Shown: positions 18,620 through 27,225 of the stretch, one piece after another
How the letters are laid out: every line of letters begins with the position of its first letter
How positions within the stretch are numbered: position 1 is the first letter of the stretch
Assembly: GCA_041651155.1 (NCBI GenBank)
Contig: JBAZJU010000008.1
Coordinates: 1,932 to 65,931, forward strand
From: Patescibacteria group bacterium
GTDB taxonomy: Bacteria; Patescibacteriota; Patescibacteriia; CAIXNZ01
Direction: 5' to 3'
DNA length: 64,000 bases
Notes under the pieces: generated by a model
Database searches by the model: none
Seen by the model: the letters and a program-made list of their open reading frames with translations, nothing else
Told to the model about the DNA's origin: nothing
Translations under genes and position numbers: made by a program

Positions 18620-20830
18620 CTATTTTTTTGCGCCCTTCTTTATTATCTTCTTTCTTAAAGCCAACAAAGCTGCAAAAAATAACAGAATTATTAAGAATAC
18701 AAGCCAAAACCACCAGGGAATTTTTAATTCTTGTCTTGGCACGAATTTTTCTTTTAGCGTTAGAGAAACCTGTTCCGATGGTTCTGAATTAAGCCCATTT
18801 ATACTGGCAATAGCGTATAAAGTATAACGGCCCGGCTCTAAAATTTTTTCTAAACTAATCATCCATAATCCCTGTTCGCTTGCTTTAGTTGAAACAATTA
18901 TTTCAGGCGAGGCTGCTAAGTGCAGAGTAACAAGGGAATTTTTCTCAGCCCGTCCGGTTATCATTAGCACATTTTTTACAAAAAACCTGCCGATCTGTTC
19001 AGGCATTATAATATGATCGATAAAGGGAGGAGCCACTGCTTTAATAGCAGGCTGGATTAAATTATATGTTGCCGGTTCTTTGTTTATGACTGTAAAATTT
19101 TGCAAATCAATATAAGCTTCAATGGCATTGCCGGCATTGTCAACTGCACGTAAAGATAATATTTTGCCAAGTTTGTCTGATTCATTTAAAACATAAGGGC
19201 TTTGCGCCTTTTGCCACTCTCCATTATCAATTTTCATTTCATAATAAGCAACCCCGGAACTCTTATCCAAAGCTGAAAAATAGAGTTTATATTGCTTGCT
19301 GCCGTCTGCTAAAATTCCTGTCTCAATGCTGGGTTTAAAAAATTCCGGCGGAGAGGTATCAATCTTAACTTGATAATGCGCTGTCGGACCCCAGCCATCA
19401 ATATATTTGACTTTAAGGTGAAAATACCAAAACCCATCAGCAATATTACTAAAAGCAAAAAGCTTATCCTGGCTGGAATAATAGCCAATGCTTGGATCAG
19501 CTAATGGATTTTGATCTAAATTAAAAGTATAACCTAGGCCTTCATCGGCAACTTGCCAGGCAAACTGAGGTTGATTATTGGCATACCATTGATTTTGCTC
19601 AGGATGGCTTGGCGAACTAATTATTGGCGATGTTTTATTGGACGTTTCTGTAAAATTTTGTTCTGCGCATACAGGCAATGGGCAACTAAACGACCCTCCT
19701 CCGCAAGGAGGACACTGGCCACCAAAAACAGTAACTCTAACGCTTAAATTAGAGCTCAAAGGATTAGTAATATTATTATCAAGAGCTTTAAAAACAGCAT
19801 AGTAAATCCCAGAATTTGTTGGTGCCCAACTAAATCTTGAAGTTGAAGTTATACCCGTAATAATTGGGTTTAAAGTTGCATTTTCCAGAGGTTCCAGGCT
19901 CAAAACAATATTATCATTATCTGGATCAGTGGCAGTTATATTAAATGTCAAAGTTTCGCCGGCATTAACTGTTTTTTCCGGGATTGGATCAAAGACAGGC
20001 TGATGGTTTTGTGGCGGAACTGGTTCTGAAACTCCAATACTTACTGTTAACGTAGAACTTTTTGATCCCAAGTCACTATCATCTACTGCGACAAATGAAG
20101 TTGTAAATACTCCCTTGCTTTGGGGTGTCCAATTGAAATCACCATAAACAATACTGGCGTTATTTGTAATGTTGGCCATCGTGGCATCTGCAGGAATATT
20201 CCAATTTAAATTGACAATATCATCATCAGGATCAGCGGCTTGAAGATGAAAACTTACTGTCTCCCCCAAATTAATTTGCTTATTGCCAACCGGCTGAAAA
20301 ACCGGCGCCAAATTTGCCGGAGGTGGTGGTGGCGGCGCGCCAATGACATTAATTGTAATTCCCTGGCAACCGCTTAAATCAATTTGTTCTGTTTGATCCA
20401 CTGCAATTAAATGCGAACCGGCAGCAAAGGAAATTGTTGAGGAGCCAACCTGAGAAGCTTTAAAAATCAAAGTGCCGAACAATGAATTAGAATTCACGGA
20501 ATCAACCAAAACAAAGCCACCGACATTAATATGATTGCTGGAATTATTCAATTCCCTGCCAGGACTTTGATTTGGCCAAGCAGTACCCAAACTAAAATCG
20601 TTAATGGAAATGACATTGCCGCTTGTATAATCCAAAATTGCCCTGACTGTATTTAAAGCAGCGCCATTAGGCTCAACCATAATATCAACATAAATGGTAT
20701 CTCCCACATAATAATCTGTTTTAGCTGAAATTAGCCTCATTATAGCACTCCCAGCTGCTTGGACTGGAATAATAGGCAAAATAAAACTAACTAGCAATAA
20801 AGATAGAATGATTTTTATTATTTTTTTCAT
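18620..20830 (-). CDS. membrane-anchored surface protein: N-terminal cohesin-like domain, Pro-rich linker, cadherin-like/Ig repeats, C-terminal TM with basic tail
   Basis: The ORF track extends to 20896. The probable start is MKKIIKIILSLLLVSFILPIIPVQA (signal peptide) at 20830. The cohesin-like segment is AIMRLISAKTDYYVGDTIYVDIMVEPNGAALNTVRAILDYTSGNVISINDF...GTLIFKASQVGSSTISF. PPPPPP linker. Repeats with ADPDDDIV / TDPDNDNIV. C-terminal WWFWLVFLIILLFFAALLALRKKIIKKGAKK. Confidence 0.6.
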   Translation of the reverse strand: MKKIIKIILSLLLVSFILPIIPVQAAGSAIMRLISAKTDYYVGDTIYVDIMVEPNGAALNTVRAILDYTSGNVISINDFSLGTAWPNQSPGRELNNSSNHINVGGFVLVDSVNSNSLFGTLIFKASQVGSSTISFAAGSHLIAVDQTEQIDLSGCQGITINVIGAPPPPPPANLAPVFQPVGNKQINLGETVSFHLQAADPDDDIVNLNWNIPADATMANITNNASIVYGDFNWTPQSKGVFTTSFVAVDDSDLGSKSSTLTVSIGVSEPVPPQNHQPVFDPIPEKTVNAGETLTFNITATDPDNDNIVLSLEPLENATLNPIITGITSTSRFSWAPTNSGIYYAVFKALDNNITNPLSSNLSVRVTVFGGQCPPCGGGSFSCPLPVCAEQNFTETSNKTSPIISSPSHPEQNQWYANNQPQFAWQVADEGLGYTFNLDQNPLADPSIGYYSSQDKLFAFSNIADGFWYFHLKVKYIDGWGPTAHYQVKIDTSPPEFFKPSIETGILADGSKQYKLYFSALDKSSGVAYYEMKIDNGEWQKAQSPYVLNESDKLGKILSLRAVDNAGNAIEAYIDLQNFTVINKEPATYNLIQPAIKAVAPPFIDHIIMPEQIGRFFVKNVLMITGRAEKNSLVTLHLAASPEIIVSTKASEQGLWMISLEKILEPGRYTLYAIASINGLNSEPSEQVSLTLKEKFVPRQELKIPWWFWLVFLIILLFFAALLALRKKIIKKGAKK

Positions 20831-20837
20831 AGATTGA

Positions 20838-20928
20838 AATAAGTAATAAGAAATAAGAAATATGGAATTGGAATTATTTAAATAATCATTTTTCACTTTT
20901 CCTTATTACCTATTTCCTATTACCTATT
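20838..20928. repeat. inverted arrays of AATAAG / CCTATT hexamers between the cohesin-like and dockerin genes
   Basis: aataagtaataagaaataagaaata ... ccttattacctatttcctattacctatt. Read directly from the sequence. Confidence 0.5.
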
Positions 20929-20931
20929 ATT

Positions 20932-22248
20932 TCAATATATTCCATCCCAATGTGCTGCCAAACCCGATAAATCAAAATCATCAACAATACTATCTTCATT
21001 AAAATCAGCATAGCACCAATTTGCCTGCCAGTGATAAGCCAAACCAGCTAAATCAAAATCGTCTATTTTGCCATCATTATTTGTATCACCTGTTTTGCTA
21101 CGTACCACTGTGGCGTTTAAAATATCGCTATTTTGGCCATAGCTATCGCGAGCAAAAATCAAAAAAAGATTATTCCCCAAAATCAAATTAACCAATGTAT
21201 TCCAAGTTGTCTGAGTCGGATAATTAATAATTCCTGATAAATCATTAATCTGAATAATAGTATTGTCTGGCTTTGTCCCGCTTAAAGTTGCGGTTGGCAA
21301 AAAAATCGGGCATGCTCTAGCGTCTAGTGTTGGCATCGCTGGCCGAGGCGGATAAATATGTCCCCCTCCCGTTATAAAACCGTGCACTTCGTTTGAAGGG
21401 GCAAAAAGACTTTCTGTATCATAAACATAAACTTTAAAATAGTAATCCTCATTAACATCCAAATCATTAATTGTGTACGTTGTCTGCGTCCTGTTATTAA
21501 AGGTTGCCACCAGATCTCCGGTCAGGTTAGTTAAGCCTGGCGTTTCAGACATATAGACCTCGTAGCGTTCAAAATCTAAATCAATATTTTGCGTCCAATT
21601 TAAAATTGCTGAAAGTGTTTGGGTATATTCTGCTTCACTTAAAATAACTGGATTAGGCGGTGCTCCAGCTGTCTGGCCGCCCACGCCAATTTGATCAACA
21701 AAAATCGCTACTGCCAATTTGCCAGAGTCTCCATAATTTCCAGACAAAGTAATTATTTTTGAACCGATTGTGGCTGGATTAATGATCTGATGACTGCCGC
21801 CATTGGCGTTTAGGCCGATTCTAATTACGACTTTGTCATTTGGTAAAATATCGCCATTGGCATTATCAGTCGGGTGCATTAAATCTAGATGACTGCCAGA
21901 AATAGTTATCCCCCAATTAGTGGCATTGGCGCTTGAAGCTAAAGTTTCATTGGTTTCCAGGCCAGTTATAGGTCCATGCAATAAATCAATATCTGCGAAA
22001 GTAATTGCGGATAAATTAAACCCACTGTCAAAAATTATTCTTAAATATTGTCCGCTTTCACCTATTCCACCTGGCGTGTTAAATTTTATTTCATGATTTG
22101 CAGCCACCAAAGGCGCCTGTCGGTTCATTCTATCGCTCAAAGCGCTTAAACTGGAAGCCTTGGAATTTTCCGGCAACACAAAAATTATAGTGATTAAAAA
22201 AATACTAAAAATTATCCAAATTTTATTATTTCCTCTATGTTTAAACAT
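20932..22248 (-). CDS. secreted protein with a fibronectin type III domain and a C-terminal type-I dockerin
   Basis: 438 aa with a signal peptide. FN3-like segment (YEVYMSETPGL...YYFKVYVYD). Duplicated Ca-binding dockerin repeats: DTNNDGKIDDFDLAGLAYHW and DFNEDSIVDDFDLSGLAAHW. Confidence 0.7.
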   Translation of the reverse strand: MFKHRGNNKIWIIFSIFLITIIFVLPENSKASSLSALSDRMNRQAPLVAANHEIKFNTPGGIGESGQYLRIIFDSGFNLSAITFADIDLLHGPITGLETNETLASSANATNWGITISGSHLDLMHPTDNANGDILPNDKVVIRIGLNANGGSHQIINPATIGSKIITLSGNYGDSGKLAVAIFVDQIGVGGQTAGAPPNPVILSEAEYTQTLSAILNWTQNIDLDFERYEVYMSETPGLTNLTGDLVATFNNRTQTTYTINDLDVNEDYYFKVYVYDTESLFAPSNEVHGFITGGGHIYPPRPAMPTLDARACPIFLPTATLSGTKPDNTIIQINDLSGIINYPTQTTWNTLVNLILGNNLFLIFARDSYGQNSDILNATVVRSKTGDTNNDGKIDDFDLAGLAYHWQANWCYADFNEDSIVDDFDLSGLAAHWDGIY

Positions 22249-22356
22249 TTTTATTTTATTTGAAATTTGGATTTTGTTATTTGAAATTTATATTTATATT
22301 ATACCTTAAATATAAAAAAATTCCTAAAATAAAATTCGCAGATTCGCATTATTCGC

Positions 22357-22388
22357 CTGCCCGCCGTAGCTTTAGCGAAGGTGGGCAG
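22357..22388 (-). terminator. hairpin with a GTAGCTTTAGCGAAGG loop directly after the helicase-nuclease stop; probable terminator
   Basis: ctgcccgcc / ggtgggcag stem with a U-rich tract downstream on the minus strand. Flanked by direct repeats of gcagattcgcattat. Confidence 0.45.
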
Positions 22389-22398
22389 ATTCGCATTA

Positions 22399-25300
22399 TC
22401 AAATCCTAAATTCACAAATTTCCCTAAAATCACAAAAGCTGCATTTGTGGTACTCAGGGCTGGCTGAAAACTGGCTAGATTTAATTTCTTCAATTGTGGT
22501 AATAAATTCATTTTCAAGCTTGTCTAATTCTTTGTCCGATCCTAAAAATGACAACTGAGAATTATTATCAATGTAATAAAATGTTAATTTGCCAACCGGA
22601 TTCCCGCCTGTTATTTCTGGTAAATTCAAACAGGCAAATTGATATAAAAGTAATTGCGTTTTTTCATCTAAACTTAATTTATCTTTTGGCGAACCAGTCT
22701 TGTAATCAATTAATTCCACTGTTTTATCAGGCAATAAATCAATGCGATCAATAAATCCCCTAATTGTATAAAATTCATTTTTAGAACGAGACATTTTAAT
22801 GTTAAAACCTTTTTCCAGACTAAGCGTATTTAAAATTTTATCCTTATTTTCTTCATAGAATAATTTTATGAATTCCCTGCCTTTTTTAAGATATTTTTCT
22901 TTATCCTCTTTATTATTAAACCATTCATCAATCCAGGAATCTGCAAAGATTTTTTTAAATTCTTCAAAACTGACCAGGTCGCCTATTTTTTTGCTTTCAC
23001 CTTTGGAGCTAGTTTTAGGGCTAAATAAATCTGTTTGGGCACTTTGAATCTTTGAATTTGCTAAAACATAAAATTTCTGTAAAGCAGTATGCATGCTTTT
23101 GCCATAAGAAAATACGCCCTTGCCCAAAACCGGAATTTTAAATATATGGGCCAGTTTATACTGATAAGGACAGGTGCGAAAGGCCGTAATTTGGGAAAAA
23201 GAAAATTGGGTCGGCAAAGCAAAAACTTCTTTTTGTTTTTTCTTACTGGCAACCTGTATTTCTGCTTTATTGCCAATACTTTTTTCTGTAGCCTTGGAAA
23301 CTTGCTGATCAAGCTTAAACCCTTTATTTGTTTGAGCTAATTCTGCCAAAAACTGAGAAATTTTCTTTTTTCGCGCGCCGCCATAATCATCTGCAGACGT
23401 TAAAAATAAGCCTTTTTTAGCGCGCGTCATTGCCACATAAAACAAACGTCTTTCTTCCTGCAAATGAAAATCTCCTTCTGGCAAAATATCTTTAACTAGT
23501 GGCTCGGGAATTTCAATAGGCTCTCCTCTTTTCACAGTTGGAAATCGCTGTTCAACTAAATTTGGAATAAAAACATATTCAAATTCCAGGCCCTTGGCAG
23601 AATGCACAGTCATAATTTTAATCACATCCGGCCCCATTTCCAGATCAAATTTCAATGGACCGCTTTCGCCTGATTCTAATTCCAGCTCCAGTTCAGCCAT
23701 AAAATTCTGCAACGATGGATCACTGGCGCCTTCTTCAAAAGTTTTTATCCTGTTATAGAATTGGTTTAAATAATCAGCATTTTGCTTGGCCAAAGCTTCG
23801 TCAGCGCCCAAAATCTTGGCCAGATATTTGGAATCCTGCATAAAAGCCAGCATTATCTCGCCGACTGTTTTTTCGCGGGTTAAAGCAGAATGCTTTTGGA
23901 TTAAAGATAAAAAGAAATTAATTTGCGAAACTGTTTCAGCAGAGATGCCGAAAATTGTAGAAGCTAATTTTAAGGCCTCGTATAAAGAAAAATTCTTCTT
24001 ATTGGCAAAATGGCAAAGTTTGGTTAATTCCTCGTCAGAGATATTGACAATCGGCGAGCGCAACAGCCGAAAAACCGCCGGGCTTTCATGATAATTATCT
24101 AAAAGCTTAAAATAATTTAAAATATCCAGAATAATCGGCTTATTATATAAGCCGCGCAAAGCCACAAATTGGTAAGGCAGGTTTGTTTTGCGCAAAAAAT
24201 TAATAAAGGTCGTGGCTGAATCATTGGCGCGAACTAAGATTGCAAAATCCGACCAATTTAATTCTTTATTCTTTTTTCTTAATTCTAAAATTTTATTTAT
24301 CACTCCCCTTACCTCTTCATCAAGAGTTTTAAAATGCAAATGCTCAATTTCAGACACACATTTATTATTGGCCTTTAGTTGTTTTTTAATCTTTGAACCT
24401 TTTTGCGCCTCTAAACGGTTTGGATTATTTAATTGGATAAAATTGTAAGACAAATCCAAAATATCCTGGCAGGAGCGGTAATTTTCAGTTAAAACAATAT
24501 TTTGTGCTTTAAGATAATCTTTTTGAAATTGCAAAATATTGGAGACGGAGGCGCCCCTAAATTTATAAATTGATTGGTCATCATCAGCCACAACTGTTAA
24601 ATTAGCCTTCTCCCCTGCCAAAAGTTTGACCAAATTATACTGGGCAAAATTTGTGTCTTGGAATTCATCAACTAAAATGTATTCAAATTGTTTCTGATAT
24701 TTTTGCAATATATTTTTGCGCTGTTTAAATAATCTTAAAGTGTAATTAATCAGATCTCCAAAATCAAAAGCATTATTATCCAAAAGTAATTGCTGATAAA
24801 CATGATAAGCATTGGCAATTTCTTTTAAACGCCTGACTTCCTCAACTAATCCTTCGTCGCCCTGTTTTGTATCCAAATCCAATTCCCTTTTTTCTGCATA
24901 AGCCAGATAATCTTCTGGATAAATTTCCTCATCTTTACAGCGGGAAAAATGAGTTAATAGCGCATGAATAAATTTTGTGGGATTGCCTAATGGCTTATAA
25001 TAATCCAAATCAAACTTATCCAAATTCTGCCTCACCAAAAGCCAGGCGCTCGTTTGATTTAGCAATTTAAAATCATTGCTTAAGCCAATATCCAGAGCAT
25101 GTTGTTCCAAAATTTTCTGGCAAAAAGAATGAAAAGTGGAAATCCACAAATCAACATAACCATAAGGCAAAAGCTTATCTACTCTTTCCTGCATTTCCCC
25201 AGCTGCTTTGTCAGTAAAAGTTAAAGCCAAAATCGCATCGGTTTTCACATCTTTATCCAAAATCAAATGGCTGATTCTTTGGGTAATGACCATTGTTTTG

Positions 25301-25434
25301 CCAGTGCCTGCGCCTGCCACAATCAAAAGAGGACCATTGCCAAAGGTAATGGCTTTTTTCTGCTGGAGATTAAATTTAGGTTTATTTTCAGACATATTTA
25401 ACTTAATTTTACAGGAAAAACTGAATTTAAACAA
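22399..25434 (-). CDS. UvrD/PcrA-family DNA helicase fused to a C-terminal PD-(D/E)XK nuclease with a Cas4/AddB-like 4-Cys cluster
   Basis: 1011 aa. Helicase motifs: GAGTGKT (Walker A), DEFQDTN, VVADDDQSIYKFRGA. The nuclease segment has GFIDRIDLL...DYKTG and cysteines C...CSFCDFREIC. The start may instead be the Met at 25395 (MSENKPKF...). Confidence 0.8.
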   Translation of the reverse strand: MFKFSFSCKIKLNMSENKPKFNLQQKKAITFGNGPLLIVAGAGTGKTMVITQRISHLILDKDVKTDAILALTFTDKAAGEMQERVDKLLPYGYVDLWISTFHSFCQKILEQHALDIGLSNDFKLLNQTSAWLLVRQNLDKFDLDYYKPLGNPTKFIHALLTHFSRCKDEEIYPEDYLAYAEKRELDLDTKQGDEGLVEEVRRLKEIANAYHVYQQLLLDNNAFDFGDLINYTLRLFKQRKNILQKYQKQFEYILVDEFQDTNFAQYNLVKLLAGEKANLTVVADDDQSIYKFRGASVSNILQFQKDYLKAQNIVLTENYRSCQDILDLSYNFIQLNNPNRLEAQKGSKIKKQLKANNKCVSEIEHLHFKTLDEEVRGVINKILELRKKNKELNWSDFAILVRANDSATTFINFLRKTNLPYQFVALRGLYNKPIILDILNYFKLLDNYHESPAVFRLLRSPIVNISDEELTKLCHFANKKNFSLYEALKLASTIFGISAETVSQINFFLSLIQKHSALTREKTVGEIMLAFMQDSKYLAKILGADEALAKQNADYLNQFYNRIKTFEEGASDPSLQNFMAELELELESGESGPLKFDLEMGPDVIKIMTVHSAKGLEFEYVFIPNLVEQRFPTVKRGEPIEIPEPLVKDILPEGDFHLQEERRLFYVAMTRAKKGLFLTSADDYGGARKKKISQFLAELAQTNKGFKLDQQVSKATEKSIGNKAEIQVASKKKQKEVFALPTQFSFSQITAFRTCPYQYKLAHIFKIPVLGKGVFSYGKSMHTALQKFYVLANSKIQSAQTDLFSPKTSSKGESKKIGDLVSFEEFKKIFADSWIDEWFNNKEDKEKYLKKGREFIKLFYEENKDKILNTLSLEKGFNIKMSRSKNEFYTIRGFIDRIDLLPDKTVELIDYKTGSPKDKLSLDEKTQLLLYQFACLNLPEITGGNPVGKLTFYYIDNNSQLSFLGSDKELDKLENEFITTIEEIKSSQFSASPEYHKCSFCDFREICEFRI

Positions 25435-25443
25435 TTTGATGTT

Positions 25444-25515
25444 ATTTGAGGCTAAGCCTTGAACTAAAGCTTAACTTTCTGGAGTCTCAAATTACTTCAA
25501 GGCTTAGCCTCAAAC
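25444..25515. promoter_or_regulatory. 20-bp perfect inverted repeat (tttgaggctaagccttgaa ... ttcaaggcttagcctcaaa) with a 32-nt spacer containing CTAAAGC, in the divergent region between the helicase-nuclease gene and the small-gene run
   Basis: Read directly from the sequence. Confidence 0.6.
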
Positions 25516-25594
25516 GTAATCCAGTCAATTTGACCAAATTTGAAAATATTGCTTTAATAAAGACAACTTTGAACCTTAAAAAGGAGACGCAAAA

Positions 25595-25843
25595 ATGCCA
25601 CAAGAAAAGCAGAACAGAATAAAAGGAATTGGCTTGGTTTTAGCTTCTGAAGCAGCTATTCGGGAAATAGAAACTAAAGATAAAATTTTCCCCTCATCTT
25701 TCGTTCGTCCACCAAATTTTGACAAGGTTATGCCTGATCGGGGTAGCCCAATATCCGAAATAATTGATCCTGAAATGGCAAATTGGAAAAGAGACTGCGA
25801 AAAAAAGAAACGAAAAGCAAAGCCAAAAAAAGGAGGAAAATAG
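25595..25843 (+). CDS. small basic protein, unknown function
   Basis: 82 aa. Consensus SD AAGGAG 8 nt upstream. K/R-rich C-terminus. First gene of a plus-strand run of tiny genes. Confidence 0.45.
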   Translation: MPQEKQNRIKGIGLVLASEAAIREIETKDKIFPSSFVRPPNFDKVMPDRGSPISEIIDPEMANWKRDCEKKKRKAKPKKGGK

Positions 25844-25846
25844 AGT

Positions 25847-26141
25847 GACAAATGAAGAACGTCGGGAATTTAAAAAAAAGTATAAGTCACAACCCTACAC
25901 ACCACCGCCTATAAAAAAACGTCACATTACTCAGACAACCTTCACAAAACAGATAGGAATTAACAAAGAAACAGCAAGGGAGCTGAAGGAGATTCAGGCT
26001 AAAGCCAAAAAGAAAAAAGGTAAGACCAGCTTTGCAAAGGATTTAAAGAAAGCCTTCAAAGTGGCTGAAAAGGTCCAAAAGCGGCTTAAAGAAATATCCA
26101 GAGTAGATGAAGACCGACTCCGCACCAGGATGACAATTTGA
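25847..26141 (+). CDS. small basic protein, unknown function (GTG start inferred)
   Basis: The ORF frame is open from 25764. The only well-placed start is the GTG at 25847, preceded by AAGGAGG; the in-frame ATG upstream would overlap the previous gene. Product VTNEERREFKKKYK...RLRTRMTI is very basic. Confidence 0.4.
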
Positions 26142-26169
26142 TCTTTCAGGACGCCAAAGGAGGTTTAAA

Positions 26170-26346
26170 ATGTCTGAGAAAAAAATCGATCGCTTGGGGC
26201 GAAAAGAAAATATCTGGCCCAGGAAGGAACTTGAACGAATTTTTGAATTAGCTAAACGAGATGAAATACGATGGGAAAAGATGCAAAAAATTGACGAATC
26301 CAAACTTCGCCAAAGAATCACTTTCCCTGGCTTTGAAAACTTATAA
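26170..26346 (+). CDS. small charged protein (58 aa), unknown function
   Basis: SD AAAGGAGG 7 nt upstream of the ATG at 26170. Product MSEKKIDRLGRKENIWPRKELERIFELAKRDEIRWEKMQKIDESKLRQRITFPGFENL. Below the 60-aa ORF-track cutoff. Confidence 0.4.
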   Translation: MSEKKIDRLGRKENIWPRKELERIFELAKRDEIRWEKMQKIDESKLRQRITFPGFENL

Positions 26347-26356
26347 GGAGCTGAAA

Positions 26357-26800
26357 ATGAGGAAAAAGCTTGACAGAGAGCAATTTCTAGGCCCCAAGGG
26401 TTCTGAATTAAGAAAGTTCATGGAGCGACCTGGCTGTTATTACCCAGGCTCGGATGGAATTGACGAAGAAACAGCAAGAAAGCTCAATGAGCACATAGAT
26501 AAAGCTCATCGAGGCGAATTAAAAGGAGGATTCCCTAAAGAAGTGCTGGAAAGAGAAAAGCGACTCAAGTTTCCCAGAAAGAGAAAAAGTTTCAACAGAG
26601 ATAAATTCCTCGGACCTCCGGGTTCTGAATTAAGAAAACTCATGATGCGACCTGGGCGTCTGGAGCTAGGTCCGGAAGGAATTGACGAAGAAACTGCCAA
26701 GAAACTAAATGAACTATTCGAAAAAGTCGAACGTGGCGAAGTCCCCGAAGGAATTCCACAGCACGTTCTTGAACGGGAAAAACAACTAAGATTCTGCTAG
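26357..26800 (+). CDS. small protein made of two tandem ~65-aa repeats (FLGPxGSELRKxMxRPG...GIDEETAxKLNE...VLEREKxLxF), unknown function
   Basis: The ORF track begins at 26261. The likely start is ATG 26357 (MRKKLDREQFLGP...), preceded by TAAGGAG. The internal duplication is obvious in the translation. Confidence 0.5.
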   Translation: MRKKLDREQFLGPKGSELRKFMERPGCYYPGSDGIDEETARKLNEHIDKAHRGELKGGFPKEVLEREKRLKFPRKRKSFNRDKFLGPPGSELRKLMMRPGRLELGPEGIDEETAKKLNELFEKVERGEVPEGIPQHVLEREKQLRFC

Positions 26801-26809
26801 TGCAAAACT

Positions 26810-26835
26810 AAAAGGCGCCAATAAGCGCCTTTTAA
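26810..26835 (+). terminator. intrinsic terminator after the four-gene small-protein run
   Basis: aaaaggcgc-caataa-gcgcctttt hairpin followed by a T-rich tract. Confidence 0.5.
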
Positions 26836-26903
26836 AATTGGCTTTTGTGCTTGACAACCAGCTAAATTTTTGCTTAACTTAAAGCAAATTTAAACAAAGG
26901 TCT

Positions 26904-26930
26904 CCTTCGTCCCGCGGAGCGGGACTACGG
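26904..26930. repeat. REP-like GC-rich hairpin element, copy 1 (CCTTCGTCCCGC-gga-GCGGGACTACGG); GTAG head on the minus strand
   Basis: 7-bp stem gtcccgc / gcgggac. 24/27 identical to the reverse complement of 37383-37409. Confidence 0.7.
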
Positions 26931-26950
26931 CGGACCGAGGGGAGGGAAAA

Positions 26951-27145
26951 ATGAGCGACATGTTGCTGGTTGAAGAACATCTTTGCCTAAACTGCAAAGA
27001 AACGTTCAGAATTGTGGTGATTGAAGAATCAGTCAAATTGACCAAAGAAGACAAGCGACTACTTAAAAATGACGGAATCTTTACTATCAAAAAAGGCAAA
27101 AAATTCGAATGCCCGAATTGCCTGCACAAAGTAGAAGTAAAATAA
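26951..27145 (+). CDS. zinc-ribbon mini-protein (CxxC...CxxC), tandem paralog 1
   Basis: 64 aa. Motifs CLNC...CPNC. SD GGGGAGGG. Upstream leader is similar to that of the paralog at 27226. Confidence 0.5.
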   Translation: MSDMLLVEEHLCLNCKETFRIVVIEESVKLTKEDKRLLKNDGIFTIKKGKKFECPNCLHKVEVK

Positions 27146-27225
27146 GTTCGCCGTCGCTTTGGCCTAGGCTTGCCTTGCAAAACAGGTCAAGACGGGTAAA
27201 GCTATAGCGACCGAAGGGAGGGAAA

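Noticed and set aside
22299-22517. 72-aa minus-strand ORF overlapping the helicase 3' end and the terminator hairpin
   Set aside because: It overlaps the helicase-nuclease CDS in another frame and spans the GTAG hairpin. It is better explained as non-coding terminator sequence.
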